DNA of 63,988 bases, the filler included, from Octopus bimaculoides (taxonomy: Eukaryota): assembly GCF_001194135.2 (NCBI RefSeq). It is 5 parts of 5 records of this genome, joined end to end, with 100 filler letters (N's around TTAATTAATTAA, not from the genome) between each part and the next. Parts side by side here need not be neighbours in the genome. Positions count along the whole stretch, not along the records: positions 20,488 to 33,610 come from NC_068993.1; positions 33,711 to 45,389 come from NC_068991.1; 3 more parts are not named here. The stretch is one strand, 5' to 3'. The notes below the pieces were generated by a model, which saw only the letters and a list, made by a program, of their open reading frames with translations, had not been told where the DNA came from and did no database searches. The translations under genes and the position numbers were made by a program. Shown piece by piece: positions 24,475 to 38,850 of this stretch. Numbering within the stretch: position 1 is the stretch's first letter; each line of letters opens with the position of its first letter.

Positions 24475-25380
<906 letters not shown>

Positions 25381-25538
25381 GTGTCAGAAGTCAGAGTGGG
25401 GGCAAACTGTTTAGTTAAGGTGAGAGTAAATTTACAAGACACCGGGAAGAGATAAAAGCGCCACCTTGTGAGGAACATGGAGATAGAAGGGTATCATAGA
25501 CCAAAGCAACGACAGACACATACACTCAAGCGCGCACT

Positions 25539-25576
<38 letters not shown>

Positions 25577-26376
25577 ATACATACACACACACAAACACTT
25601 TCACAAACATATACACGCAAACAGCAATCATACAAGATAAGCAAGAAGAAATAATGCCCCTCCCCCTCCACTTATGTTAGCTGCGAAAGGTGGAGAAGGG
25701 GTATGGTAAAAGTAGAATAAAGGAAGAGGTAAGAGAGAATAGAGAGATGGAGGGGGCTCGTCTGCGTCTGAGGTATATGTGTATGTATATATATATATAT
25801 TTTTTTTTTCTGAGTGCCCTTTCGTTATACACACACACACACACACATACACTCTCACACATATATACGCACTCTCACACTTATACACACTACATAACAC
25901 ACTCGCTATCATTCATTGTGTGCAATCACTACTGTTGCCATACAATTCCACCACTATGTGCCACTGCTACGAATACATTGCTAACACCACCACTACCACC
26001 AACACCAACAACAACAAAAACAACGCAACGCTGAGCCCATCGCTATATCACTAGCACCACCACCACCACATCACCAACACAGCGCTAGCATCACCACCTC
26101 CATCACTAGCACCACTACCACCGATACAACACCGCCTCCCTAGACCATCACCATCCTCTCGTAAACTGTCCGCCATATTGATCCGTCAGTTGACAGAATC
26201 GTTATCTGATTGTTTCCCCCAATTACGACTAAATGGTGTTAGGATCAAATGTACTTCCGGTAGAGAAATAAAGGGGAGATAAACAAACGAAAGGAAAATG
26301 GTCGACATGAAATGCATCTTTAACGGTCTGAACTGTCTAAAGTAACGATTGAAATGATGATTAGCAATAGTGTGTA

Positions 26377-26424
<48 letters not shown>

Positions 26425-28090
26425 TGTGTGTGTGCGTGCGTGTTTTTGCGTGTGTGTGAACTGCTACCATTTCTTTTGCTTTCTCTTTAATGCCTTTATG
26501 TCAACACCCACGTTTATATTTAATATATACAAATACATACATGTACACACACGCGCACACAAACATATATACATAATATACGTATGTGTGTGTGTGTGCG
26601 TGCGCACGCGCGCACGTATGTGTATTTGCTTCTGTGTACTAGTATATATTAAATACATTTAGACATACACACACATATATATATGCATACAGTATGTTCA
26701 CTACTTCAGCAAGCCAGTATTTTTTCGCCTGTATACAAACAGCTTTTTATCCAAAACGTCGGATCGCTCTATATTTAAATCCTAGTGGCTGACAACCATA
26801 TTTAACGAAACTTAACAAAATCCTGTCTCTTTCTCTACCCACTGAAGGAGCGAGTTGTCACCGAAACATCTAGACGTCTTGGGTAATTTTCATGTAATTA
26901 TTTTACAAAAATGAGAGTTATATTAGTTTGAATCGCAGAGTTTCTCTCTTCCCAAAGAATTACTTTGAAAAATGAGACAGAAATTGTCGTGGACCTCAAC
27001 AAAACACGAATGCCGAACTAATAATACTTAACTAACACTACCCGTGGTTACTTTAAAAGTTCTAAGCTGATTGGAAGCTTACAGAGAACCATGAGGTATA
27101 TATTGTTATACTTGGCAATGGCCTGAGTGATGGGGTTCCGCCAATTAAACACAAGCACTATTTATTTGATCTTCATTTGTATTATTTTTAGTTTATGCCA
27201 GGATAAGAGGAGACACATGGACAGAGAGTCACTGCTGAGGTCACAGAATGTGTGACGAAAGAACTTTGATAGACATATAAACTAAAAATATGAACAAAAC
27301 TAAAGTGAAGATCAAATAAATAGTGCGTTTTAATGGCAAAGGAATGGCCAACCCCACATATATATAACAATATTTGCTTCAACACAAGTTTTCACATCAA
27401 GAATCTCGCAAAACGAATACAAAGGCATAACATGAAATATATAATTTTTTTTTAAACTGTATTTCCCTTAAAATGTTTGATTCCTGAAATGGTGTAAAAC
27501 TTCACTTTGGTAGTATTGACTGTGCTGGGGACAAAAGAAGGGCTTCTCCCGCAAAGTGGAGGCTAGGTTTGTTAGATACTTGTGAAGAAAGTATGATGTT
27601 TCAGATAAAGTCCTTGCTATACACTTGTCACTTCTACCTTGAGAGTTGTTATCTATTATTTTTCGGTTTACGTCAAGAATTAAAGTATCTAACAATGGAA
27701 CGAAATCGAAGACATCTATTCATAATATCATTCTGCTACTATACGAATACATCGGTACCTTAATACGGAGTAGTCCTTCCATATCTTCATATCAGAGACA
27801 GTTCATATGGCTAGACATGAAGCCACATGCCCAATAGGAGCTGCCCAATTGAGCTGTGGATTTGTCTTTTATCTTTTATCTTTTATTTGTCTCACTCATT
27901 ATACTACGGCCATGCTGGGGCACCACCTTGACGTTTTCGTCGAACGAATTGACCCTAGTTCTTCAATACATAACATTAATATAACAGCCGGCATAATAGT
28001 CTGCTTGAAGAGTTTGATTCGTAACCAGAAAGTTATTGGTTCGGTCCCACTTCGTAATACTTTGGGCGAGAGCCTTTCTACTATGGCCTC

Positions 28091-28473
28091 GGATCTTTTT
28101 TAAAACGGGGGCCACATTTTTCATTAACGAAACACTTTGAAACTTGGAACACTGGTAGAATGTGTCATATAAAACATCTTTTTCTCTTAGTCTTCTTAAA
28201 AAAAAAAAAAATCCATAAATTATTCCATGTTAAAGTTGTCGTATTTCTGTAATTTCAACCAATCACTGACGTCCATTCAGCCGATATACATTAAGTGCCG
28301 ACTACATAAACAAACGATTCTGAAACAATTAACCCTAACCCTAACCCTAACTCTAACCCTAACCCTAACCCTAGGGTTAGGGTTAGGGTTAGGGTTAAAG
28401 CAAATTTAAAATGAAAAAAGCAAATAAAACGAAGGTATGGAGATTAAATACGCTTTACATCGCTTAATGAGCC
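28091..28473. mobile_element. Second copy of the Merlin-like MITE, inserted in a SINE, right end in a gap
   Basis: Near-identical to 20973-21330 except at the telomeric-repeat segment. Confidence 0.85.
28330..28397. repeat. Interstitial palindromic telomeric repeat (CCCTAA)n-(TTAGGG)n
   Basis: taaccc x7 (one variant), centre cctagg at 28370-28375, then four GGG tracts. Confidence 0.9.
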
Positions 28474-28717
28474 NNNNNNNNNNNNNNNNNNNNNNNNNNN
28501 NNNNNNNNNNNNNNNNNNNNNNNNNNNNNNNNNNNNNNNNNNNNNNNNNNNNNNNNNNNNNNNNNNNNNNNNNNNNNNNNNNNNNNNNNNNNNNNNNNNN
28601 NNNNNNNNNNNNNNNNNNNNNNNNNNNNNNNNNNNNNNNNNNNNNNNNNNNNNNNNNNNNNNNNNNNNNNNNNNNNNNNNNNNNNNNNNNNNNNNNNNNN
28701 NNNNNNNNNNNNNNNNN

Positions 28718-28768
<51 letters not shown>

Positions 28769-28904
28769 TGTGTGTGTGTGTGTGTGTGTAGATTCATTTC
28801 TATCCTACCTTGAAATGCGACAGGACTTTCTTTCAAACCTAACACACACACACGCGTACGTACGTATGTATGTATGTATGTATGTACGTATGTATGTATG
28901 TATT

Positions 28905-30136
28905 GTCTAAAGTTCATAGGCTGACTACGGAAGAGTGATGTTAGAGCTATGAAATCTTGCATGCATTAATTTCAACCCTTCTTATTAAATAACCCTTCTT
29001 ATTAATAATAACCTTCTTGTTAATAATTCTTTCCAGCTGTTCAAAGAAGACTTCAAAAGTAACTAGTAGAGACTTTCCGTGAAAAATGGTCAAAATTTGG
29101 CATTGTCGTATTATCAAGTGCATGCAGAAAAAGGATTTAGCCCCCAAGGACATTCAAATTGACATGGTTACTACGTTAGGGAATGATGTTCCAGCTTTAT
29201 CAACAGTGCAAAAGTGGGCGAAGAGTTTTGAAGACGACTCAAAGTCTGGGCGTCGTGCAACTACCACTACCGAGAAAAAGTTGATTGTGTTCCCCGCATG
29301 GTGATGGATAACAGGTGACTGACTATAAATCAAATAACCAATGCTATCAGCATATCCTGTGAGAAAGTAGAGAATATTCTCCACAATGAACTTGACATGA
29401 CGAAGGTTTTTGCTTGGTGGTTTCCACGTCTTCTGATACCTACTCAAAAATGCACCAGGGTGATCACATCACGGAAAATCTGACATTATTTCCGGCAGAT
29501 CCAGCTGGTTTCCTTGAACGTTTCCTAACCCAGGATGAGTATTGGCTTCATCACTTTGAGCCAGAGACAAATACACAATCCTGCAGTAGAAACACCCCTC
29601 CTCACCTGCTCTAAAGAAGGCCAAGGTCGTTTCAACTGCAGGGAGGATGATGGCCTCAATTTTGGGGGATGCTAAAGGCATCGTGTTTATTGTCTACCAT
29701 CAATGCTGAGGCAGTTACGAAAGGCTATCAAGACCAAACGCCCAGGAAAACTAACAAAGAAGTCTTGTTTCATCAGGACAATGCTTCAGCACACAAGTCC
29801 TTCTTTTCAATAGCTGATGTACGTGACTATGGCCTTAAACTGGTTGATCACCCTCTTTATTCTCCTGAATTGACCCCATCTGACTATCATCTGTTCCCCA
29901 ACATGGAAAAACACTTGGTCGGGAACCAGTATCGTAGTGATGACGACGTTATATCTGCTGTTGATGATATTTCTGACCAAGATAACGAAAGCTTCTTCAC
30001 TAATGGGATCTAAGCACTGCAACACCGATGGAAGAAGGGTGTAGACAGCAAGTGGGACTATGATGAAAAATTGAACCTCATTAGGTCACATTCCATAAGA
30101 TTATAAGTCGGCCTTTGAACTTTTCAGCCGACCTCG
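28905..30136 (+). mobile_element. Near full-length degraded mariner element
   Basis: HTH region (ALSTVQKWA..FEDD.KSGR), LTQDEYWLHHFEPET, FHQDNASAH, HPLYSPELTPSDYHLFPNM. Right TIR ends ...ttttcagccgacctcg followed by TA; partial left TIR at 28905-28926. Confidence 0.88.
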
Positions 30137-30528
30137 TATGTGTATGTATGTATGTATGTATGTATGTATGTATGTGTGAGTGCCCCCTCCGCCTTTTCGG
30201 GTTTAAAAAAAGGAGTCGGAGGTTGCCTGTTTGACTCGAACCTATATCTCTAGTAGATATAACAGGCGTTCTCTCATTGTACCATGGCAATCCTTCGAAA
30301 ATTACTATCCATTTAAGAAACTTTATTCTTACCACCGAAAATTGTCTGTTGTTGACATTTTAAGAATTTATAAACTTTCGAGAGAAAACGTGCAATAATG
30401 TTTTTGGAATTTTACATGCTGTTATTTGTAGCTTTATGTGTTCTTCGAGAGCCAATTTCGAAAAAGAAAAATTCCACGTTCTCTCGAAAGTTTATCAATA
30501 CGTATGACCTCAACACACACGCACCGCA

Positions 30529-30567
<39 letters not shown>

Positions 30568-31929
30568 CTCCCGTTTTGCATGTATACACATAAACATATT
30601 TTGTATTTCATACCGAAACTGTTGTATGTAATATATCTAATTTGCTTATCTGCATAATTACATCTATACCTGCTCAACCTTTCATACCTTTTCTTTACCT
30701 TGTGGAATGATCCCCTGTAAAGACATTAGAGCCTAAGTTTGAATCCTTTGAGCACTATAAAGTGTCTTCTATACTGAGAAACTCTGGATCTCATCTGTGA
30801 ACTACATACATACATACATACATACATACATACATACATACATACATACATACATACATACATACATACTTCTAAAGTTGAATAGACGAAGAATACTGTT
30901 TACAACAGTTTACTAATTGGCAAGTCTATAAGATAACTGTCCTGAAATAAAGAGCACCTCCGTGCTTTGTTTTCCTTGCAAATTCTTAGAACTCCCTCAA
31001 TACACTTCAACCTGTTTTTCCCTAACCAAGAGAGTCTCGTCTAACTCTTTAATTAGAAGAGACTCCTCACTTCTTGAGATTTCCTGACACACTTTACTTA
31101 AAATGGTTCTGTAAGTAGCCTTCCTGTCCCCACATTTACTGCCCGTCCTGCTTCCATTTCTAAGCAATAAATAAACAACAGGCATCCTTCTAAACTTTTC
31201 TTTTCGTCCTCTATCTCACCACCTCATACATAGAACCACCAAGTGCGAAAATTCCCTTGATAACTCTGACCCAAAATCGAGCCTGAGATTGTTTCTTTTA
31301 TAACCCCACATCAAGTTGTACGCTCCATAGCTAGCTCTTATCCACACCTAACTTTTCGATAATTCTTTTGAAATGGAAATTTATTCCATTGTGTGAATCC
31401 AGTTTCTAGTATGTCCCATTCACAAGATAAACTATCTCGTTGTTCGTGCATCTACCGTGCCATCGCCTTCATACCCAGCCTTACAAGGATGAATGAAGTA
31501 AACAGAGTGTAACACGAAACTCTCTCATCCACTTCTGTTTCCGACACTCGCCCCCCGCCCTCCTCCCCCATACACACACCTCGAAGACCCTTGAAGTTTC
31601 ACAGTCTTCGTTCTATAAATCCAAGACATACTTGTTGTCATTTATAACTCCATACACTTCCACGCAAATATGATAATACTTTTCTTTCCTTTTAACTTTC
31701 ATACATAATAAGCACCGTCTCTTTGCCGCCTGGTTATCAAACGTAAGGCCTCTGAGAGAAGCACTGAAAATATTTTCCTGTAAGGAGACAGAAATTTCTT
31801 CTTCAATAGAACCAAGTTGCACTAAGAAAGCAGTCTGGAACTAACTCCAACCCAATATACGCAAATTACGTACATCAAACACCTACAAAGTCAATTAAAA
31901 TGTTACACCTCGGAATTCTTAATATGATT

Positions 31930-32392
<463 letters not shown>

Positions 32393-32393
32393 T

Positions 32394-32660
32394 AATGACG
32401 TCACAAATTTAGATATAGACAAATTTGGTAGTGTTATCTCATTTGTAACAGTCAAACTGATGGTAACGTCACAAATATAAAAGCAAAGTTGGTTGTGACG
32501 TCACATTTGTAACAGCCAAAACTGATGGTGATTCAACACATATAACATAGGCAAAATTGGTAGTGACACCACATAAATAAAAAACACAACTGATGGTGAC
32601 GTCGCAAATATAACTCGGCCAAACTGTTTATGACGTCACATATATGACAGTCAAAACCTC
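32394..32660. repeat. Degenerate ~33-bp minisatellite (8 units, dimeric) with TGACGTCA motifs
   Basis: Units begin tgacgtca, tgttatct, taacgtca, tgacgtca, tgattcaa, tgacacca, tgacgtcg, tgacgtca and end alternately ttggtag/ttggttg or actgatgg. Confidence 0.75.
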
Positions 32661-33869
32661 ATCATTAAGACAATCATTGTTGTTCAGGGTAAGAAAAAAA
32701 TGACTCAGACATGGTCAGCTAATGATTTGCGAAGCTAAAATAGAACCCACACTTGAGTACTGTCCACTTCTCTGTGACGGTGATTTAAAAATTGGCATCC
32801 ACAGACGTGCGCCCCTTTAACGTAGTTCTCGGGGAGATACAGCGTGACACAGAACGTGACAAGGCTGACTCTTAGATTTACCGGTACTACTCATTTTTGC
32901 CAGCTGAGTGGACCGGATCAACGTAAACTTAGGTGTCTTGCTCAAGGAAAACAACACGCCGCCGGGTTTCGAACTCACGACCTTACAATCGTGAGCCGCA
33001 TACCCTAACCACTTAGCCATACGCTTTCATAACGGTGATGTAATGACACACACAAACATCATAGACCACATCAAGAAAAAGCCCGTCGTCAAAGATTCAC
33101 TTCTTAACACACATTACATACTACAGCTTTAACTTCTGCTCCACTAAATATATCGTACACTATACATGCCCATATATCTCACGTCTTCACATTTCTGTCT
33201 TTATTAAATATTTGATCGGTTGTTTCTTCCCATAACTTCACCTTTTTAGAATTTCCTTGCTGCCCACATTTTTCTGTATTCTTTGTCGACTTCAAATTAT
33301 TTCTAATGATGTATTGCAATGGCTATGCACAAACACACACGCACGCACACACACGCACACACACACACAAAGACGTACATAGACATTTGATAGTTAAACA
33401 CTTACCAACAAATCCAAGTAAACGGAGGATAAATAGACAGACAGACAGACAGACAGATAGTTAGATACCTAGATAGATAGATAGATAGATAGGTTTCTTT
33501 ATTAGCCACACAGGGCTCAACACAGAGGGGACAAAATACAAATGTAGAGTTTTTTTTTCGAGGGGGTCGAAAACAAAGCAGAAAAAAAAACAAAAGTGGG
33601 GACAACGATGNNNNNNNNNNNNNNNNNNNNNNNNNNNNNNNNNNNNNNNNNNNNTTAATTAATTAANNNNNNNNNNNNNNNNNNNNNNNNNNNNNNNNNN
33701 NNNNNNNNNNATAATAAACAACTACCACAGAATTTGGATGAAATGCAGAGCTTGAAACGGGAGCGCGAAAAAAGAAAATAAAGAAGGAAAGAAGACGCAA
33801 ACCATAAGTCCGGAAGCAAAAAAGAAATTTAATAAAACAATATTTTATCTAACCTGTCTCTGAACTTAT

Positions 33870-34700
33870 CTTTCAACATGAGTAGCTGTTTCAATGAATT
33901 AGGGAATTAGGATAGTTTTCCCTTCCGTGAGCCATTCAAGCATTGACTCTGACTCAGCTAGTATTTCATTAAATTTCTCAAGCCAGCGTTTTAGATATTT
34001 TAACCAGAATTTGGGGATCTTGTCTTGCTCGGGTGCTTTCCATTTGCTTAGTTTTTGCAGTTTGATATTTTGATAGATCTTTTCTGAGGTTGTTCCTTCG
34101 CCAATCATATTTCTACACAACATTTCCCCACTTCTGTTGTTCGTGCTGCATTCATCTCTATTTTATTTTTGACAAATTCTTGGTAGAATTCTTTGGGATT
34201 GAAGTGTTCGTTTTGTTCAAAGAAACGTTGGCGTTCCTTATACCAGTGGATTCTTTGTGCTTTGGTGAGGATATCTAGCATTAGCTGTTCTCTTACCTCA
34301 GGTATATCTTCTTCTGTAATTTCCGTAGTATTTTTCTTCTCTTGTTGAATAGTAGTGTTCTTTGACTGCTAGTTTCGTTAACGCTTGACAAATCCTTTCT
34401 TTTATTTTCTATTTTTCTGGATATTATTTATCCACAGGATTTTCTGGGTGGTGATATTCCACTTTAGATGGGTTTGAAGGGGTATCCAGCTTCTTTCGTG
34501 GCCATAGAGGCTGCTGCATATATTACATCATTTAACATTTATTTCTGTGGCTATTGGTTCTGTGACGGCCACGTTCATGTTATTTATTATTGATGTCTTA
34601 TTATCAACTTTCATTTGCGGGTGGAACAATCGGTGGTCCATACTGAGATCTGTGGGTTTTAATTATTTGATTATACTCATTTTTAGAGTATCATAATCAT
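33870..34700 (-). mobile_element. R4/Dong-type pre-RT and RT-start fragment
   Basis: KAQRIHWYKERQRFFEQN..PKEFY and LSKWKAPEQDKIPKFWLK...EWLTEGKTILIP. Confidence 0.7.
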
Positions 34701-34719
34701 TGATTTCGCCTGGTTGCAG

Positions 34720-35201
34720 TCTTTAGTTGGCTTAGTGTTTGCATTGCGTGTTGTGTGTGTAATGCGAAATGTGTTCCTCTGCTGGGTATCCAGCCTGTAG
34801 AGTATATGCTATGAGAGTCGTTTATTTTATTCAATATTTACTGTATAGAGTGTGTCTTGTGTTTGTGGATTGTTTTGTTTGGGTTGTATTTATTGAATTG
34901 ATAGTGTCTTGCGTAGCATGTGGACTGTTCCTAGCAGGGCTATTTTTGCATAGTGTACTGTGTTGAGGATCCAGGTATAGCTTCTAGGCTTTTGTTCATA
35001 CCCAATGGACTGATTATTACTGGTATCGTTTTCATCTTGAAAACTTCGATTTCGTGGTCTTTATACTTTGCCAATTTCTCCACTTCTGTTTTGGCAATAT
35101 TTTGGTCTGAAGGGATTGTAATGTCTATCAGTAAGCAGATGTTTTTTTTTCAATTCTTAATTATTTCTGGGTTTTGATTTTATTTCTTTATCAGTTTTAA
35201 T
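34720..35201 (-). mobile_element. R4/Dong-type RLE domain and 3' end, family A
   Basis: CLLIDITIPSDQNIAKTEVEKLAKYKDHEIE..MKTIPVII and IALLGTVHMLRKTLSIQ*. The 5' junction abuts (TTA)n at 35202-35221. Confidence 0.8.
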
Positions 35202-35934
35202 TTATTATTATTATTATTATTGAGTGAGAGAGCAATGAATGCTATCAAAAGTGACAACGGGGTAAAATATACGAAGCCAAGTATACCCATCATGACTACC
35301 CGTCTGATAAGGGTACACCAGGCACATGCATCACAACTACATGTGCACGACATGGTGATCGCATATCAAGATAAACAGTGCATGACCTCGCAGGTAGGGC
35401 CCAGTTAGAATTTTCTTCAGGTCGAGTAGCCCATCCTGCTCAAAAGGTCCCTGAATAGGGTTTGTTTAAGGATGTTGAACAAAACACCCATGTTTCCAAA
35501 GGTGAATTATTCAAACCCCAACGAATTCCTCTCAACACATGGCTATGATGCTCCCCCACTACTTCTGCTCATGATCAGAGATGCACATATCGTCAGCCAC
35601 CAAGGGGCATTCCCAACTGGTTAAGGTCAAACAACTGACAAGCAAATCTGTGGTATTGAGCAGAATATTTACAGTAGCCCATCTTTTTATACCAAGACAA
35701 AACAATGTACATGATANNNNNNNNNNNNNNNNNNNNNNNNNNNNNNNNNNNNNNNNNNNNNNNNNNNNNNNNNNNNNNNNNNNNNNNNNNNNNNGGGCAT
35801 TATTATTATTACACTGCGGAATACATAAGACGTGTTTTCAAACTCTCCTGGTTGGTGCACCATAGGACATTTATTTACACCGGTTTGATGCTTATTTGCA
35901 TTAATTTTTTTATTCCACATTATCAGTAGAAATA

Positions 35935-36438
35935 CCAGGAACCTGTTACGGGTGTTCTACGATTGTTTAGCCCCCTACAGGAGTTATATTCGGCCCACCT
36001 AATATGTTCGGTGGTCGTTTAATTTAATTTAATCAAACATAACTCAAAAATATGTCGGAGCGCGTCTTGAAAGAGTTGAGAAAAAAGAAATCTGGTGGCT
36101 GCTGAAGATTTCCCTCCCCTTCCCTCCGTTACTGGCAACAGGAGAAGGGGAGTAGAAAAAGGAGACAATTACAGTACAAAGTTCACCTTGTAGTAACGGC
36201 GGTAGTAGCAGTTAGAGCAACAGCGATAGCAGAGATTACAGCAGCAGCAGCTGCAACAGTGACAACAGCAGAAGCAGCAATAGTAGTAGTGACAGCAACA
36301 ACAACAACGAAAGAGACAGCAACAGCAGCCGCAGTAACGATGGAAACAGCAGCAACAACGATAGCAAAACAATAAAACAGCAACAACAACAAAACCAACA
36401 CTAACAACATCGGTAAGAACAACGACAGCAACAATAAC

Positions 36439-36476
<38 letters not shown>

Positions 36477-38040
36477 CGAGAACGTTACCAACAGCAAAAG
36501 CGGCAGCAGCAGCGAAAAAGAAGCAACACTTTTCCGTGAACCTCACCAACAAGGATGAAATGTTAACGCAAGCATGGGAACTGATTAAACAAGAAAAATC
36601 ATGGGCCAACCTTACTAATCCGTCAGAGGCAATTGAAGTAGTAGAGAGAAGAATAGTGCTTTTCAGATGCATCCCAGCAGAGACGAAAAGAGCGGCTTGA
36701 TATTTATTTGGTGGCTTCTGGGATGCGTAATTGTGGAGGAGACAGATACTGTCCCGATAGAAATGACAAGAACTGCCAGGGAGGATTGGTCCGGCGTTGA
36801 CCTGAAGATACCTCTCCAGATCAGACCCGAAAACATAAAATAAATCCCGGACCACGTCCGTCTTCAGAACGGGACGGTGATACACATAATAACTTAAGGC
36901 AAAAGTCCGCATTGTTTCGCTTCTGGAAAACTACTCATTTGCGAGTTTACTATCCCCAAGTGGTAAAAGGTGCAAGGAGTCAAAGGCCTCTATAGCTGCC
37001 TATGCCGGGACAAGGACCACAAACAACATCAGCACTGGCAAAACCACCGGCAGCAACACCAAAGACATTAACCACTCTAGAGGGAAACAAGGAAAGCTCT
37101 CCTACCCTCTTCATCCGAAACAGATATACACACATAAACGAGAATATAAGCATGCACACAGACACAGACACACTTACAGCAACAGACTCCACATCTGCCA
37201 GTAGTGAAGATGAAGGAAAACTAAAAGGTCTCAAAAAACAAAAAAAGAAAGCACAAAAGAAAAATTTCACAAGGCATAACAACACTCAAAATAAAAAATA
37301 CAGACACCACCCACGAAAACATCTCCCCAATAACACCAACACCAATGCAACCAACAACCATCACTATCACCAGAATCTCCCAAACGTAAACAACCTAAAC
37401 AAACACAAGAACAAAGACTCACACAAACGTCTAAAACTGCTGATAATCACACTTACAGCACACATAGACACAACCGAAGCAACAACAACAAGTCCATTAC
37501 CTCTACAGTCAAGCAAACAAATTAAACATCAACACAAAACACCCACTTCGTACTCATTGGAAGGTAAGAGGAACTGATAGCCTTTGTCACACAAAACATT
37601 GAATTTGAAACAGGGGGAGTGATATTCGAATCGAGCACATTTCACTTCCAGAAGATTTCCTTCTGGTGCGAATGTCGCTCGATCCTTACACAACAATTCG
37701 AGAGAGTTTTCCGGAGGACGTGGGCACTCTGAACGTGAGACCCACACCGAAGCTCTTAAAGGGGTCCCCCCCCCTAAAATCCCCACCAATTATGGAAATC
37801 AAACTACCTGACTTTCCCAAGACACCGGGAGGTAAGTAAACCTTTCCTTTCTCTCTTTAGCATGCCAACATGGCCATGTTAAGAATAGGAATTTTAAATG
37901 TGCGAAGCCTGGGGTCACCCTGGGAGCAAGGGCGCCGGCTCAAGTCTCTAGAATTGGATATAATTGCTGTCAGTGAGACCAGAATTTCCAATACATTCGC
38001 ACCGGCCCACATGTTCGACGACTGTCAGATTTTTAACGTT
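35935..38040 (+). mobile_element. L1/Tx1-like LINE 5' remnant (decayed ORF1 and start of endonuclease)
   Basis: Low-complexity ORF1, IPDHVRLQNGTVIHII.GKSPH, degenerate knuckle at about 36912-36955, and ORF2 start MAMLRIGILNVRSL...LDIIAVSETR at 37870. Confidence 0.6.
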
Positions 38041-38144
38041 TATAAATCAGTTCTTTTGTTCCTCCTATTTTTTCCCTAATTGCATCTGTTTTCACAGTCA
38101 TTTAAAATTTTTAAATATTTACTTACTTTTTATTATTATTATTT

Positions 38145-38850
38145 TTACCATTTTATGTACGGCAACAGGTCGTCGTACTCTACTACTGACGGCAAGTCGA
38201 CGAACTCGATGCGTACTCCCGTTGGGTCTATCTTCTTTCCGAACAGTTCTCGTAGTTTTTCACATCTCTCGTCGTCAATAACAACTGTTTTGGTGCTTTC
38301 TGGATAGTATTCCGTCGTTACTTTCACTCTTGTTACTGATTTCATCTTTGCGATTTTCCTCGCTATCTCTGTACTTTTCGCATATGTTACTATATGCCAT
38401 TTATGTTTTGGCTCTTTTTTTATTTGTTTGTTTTTGTAGTCCCACTTGTTCTTCCACGTTGGCTTCCTTTGATGTTTTTGGTATATCATGTTGCGCTTCT
38501 TCTTTACTCTCCTTTCTTTTCTTTAGTTAGCTCTTTGGCGGTGAGTCCACGTTTTCTTTCCCTTTCTTCTTCCTATTCACAACCGTATACTCCTCCTCCA
38601 CCTTCTCTAGACACTTCTCACATATTGGGTTCGTCGCTTCAGCATTTTGCTCCTGCCAGTCGCCCGCTGCTGTTGTTCCTTTTCACCTTTATCGTCGTTC
38701 TGGGGACACCTTGCTGTCATGTGTCTCCATACGCCACAATGGCAACAGGTGGCGGTCTTCCCTCCACCACTACTCTCAGTTTCATGTTCTCTGGTAGTAT
38801 CACCTCCTCCGCCATCTTATGCAAGTCCTGTGAACTGACCTGAGAACAGC
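38145..38850 (-). mobile_element. Second LINE ORF1 remnant with intact CCHC zinc knuckle
   Basis: VILPENMKLRVVVEGRPP, then after a frameshift C-CH-C-GVWR-H-MTAR-C at 38706-38747. Confidence 0.6.

Noticed and set aside
28330-28397. Ancestral chromosome fusion site
   Set aside because: Polarity is (CCCTAA)n(TTAGGG)n, opposite to a fusion scar, and it lies inside a MITE.
31000-31500. Possible degraded L1-type RT on the minus strand
   Set aside because: Only faint motif resemblance across many stops; not supportable without a search.
32394-32660. CRISPR-like array
   Set aside because: Units are degenerate along their whole length with no identical repeat plus unique spacer; eukaryotic context and no cas genes.
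36169-36912. 247-aa Cys/Ala/Val-rich minus-strand ORF as a novel protein
   Set aside because: Antisense reading of CAG/CAA-rich low-complexity LINE ORF1 sequence.
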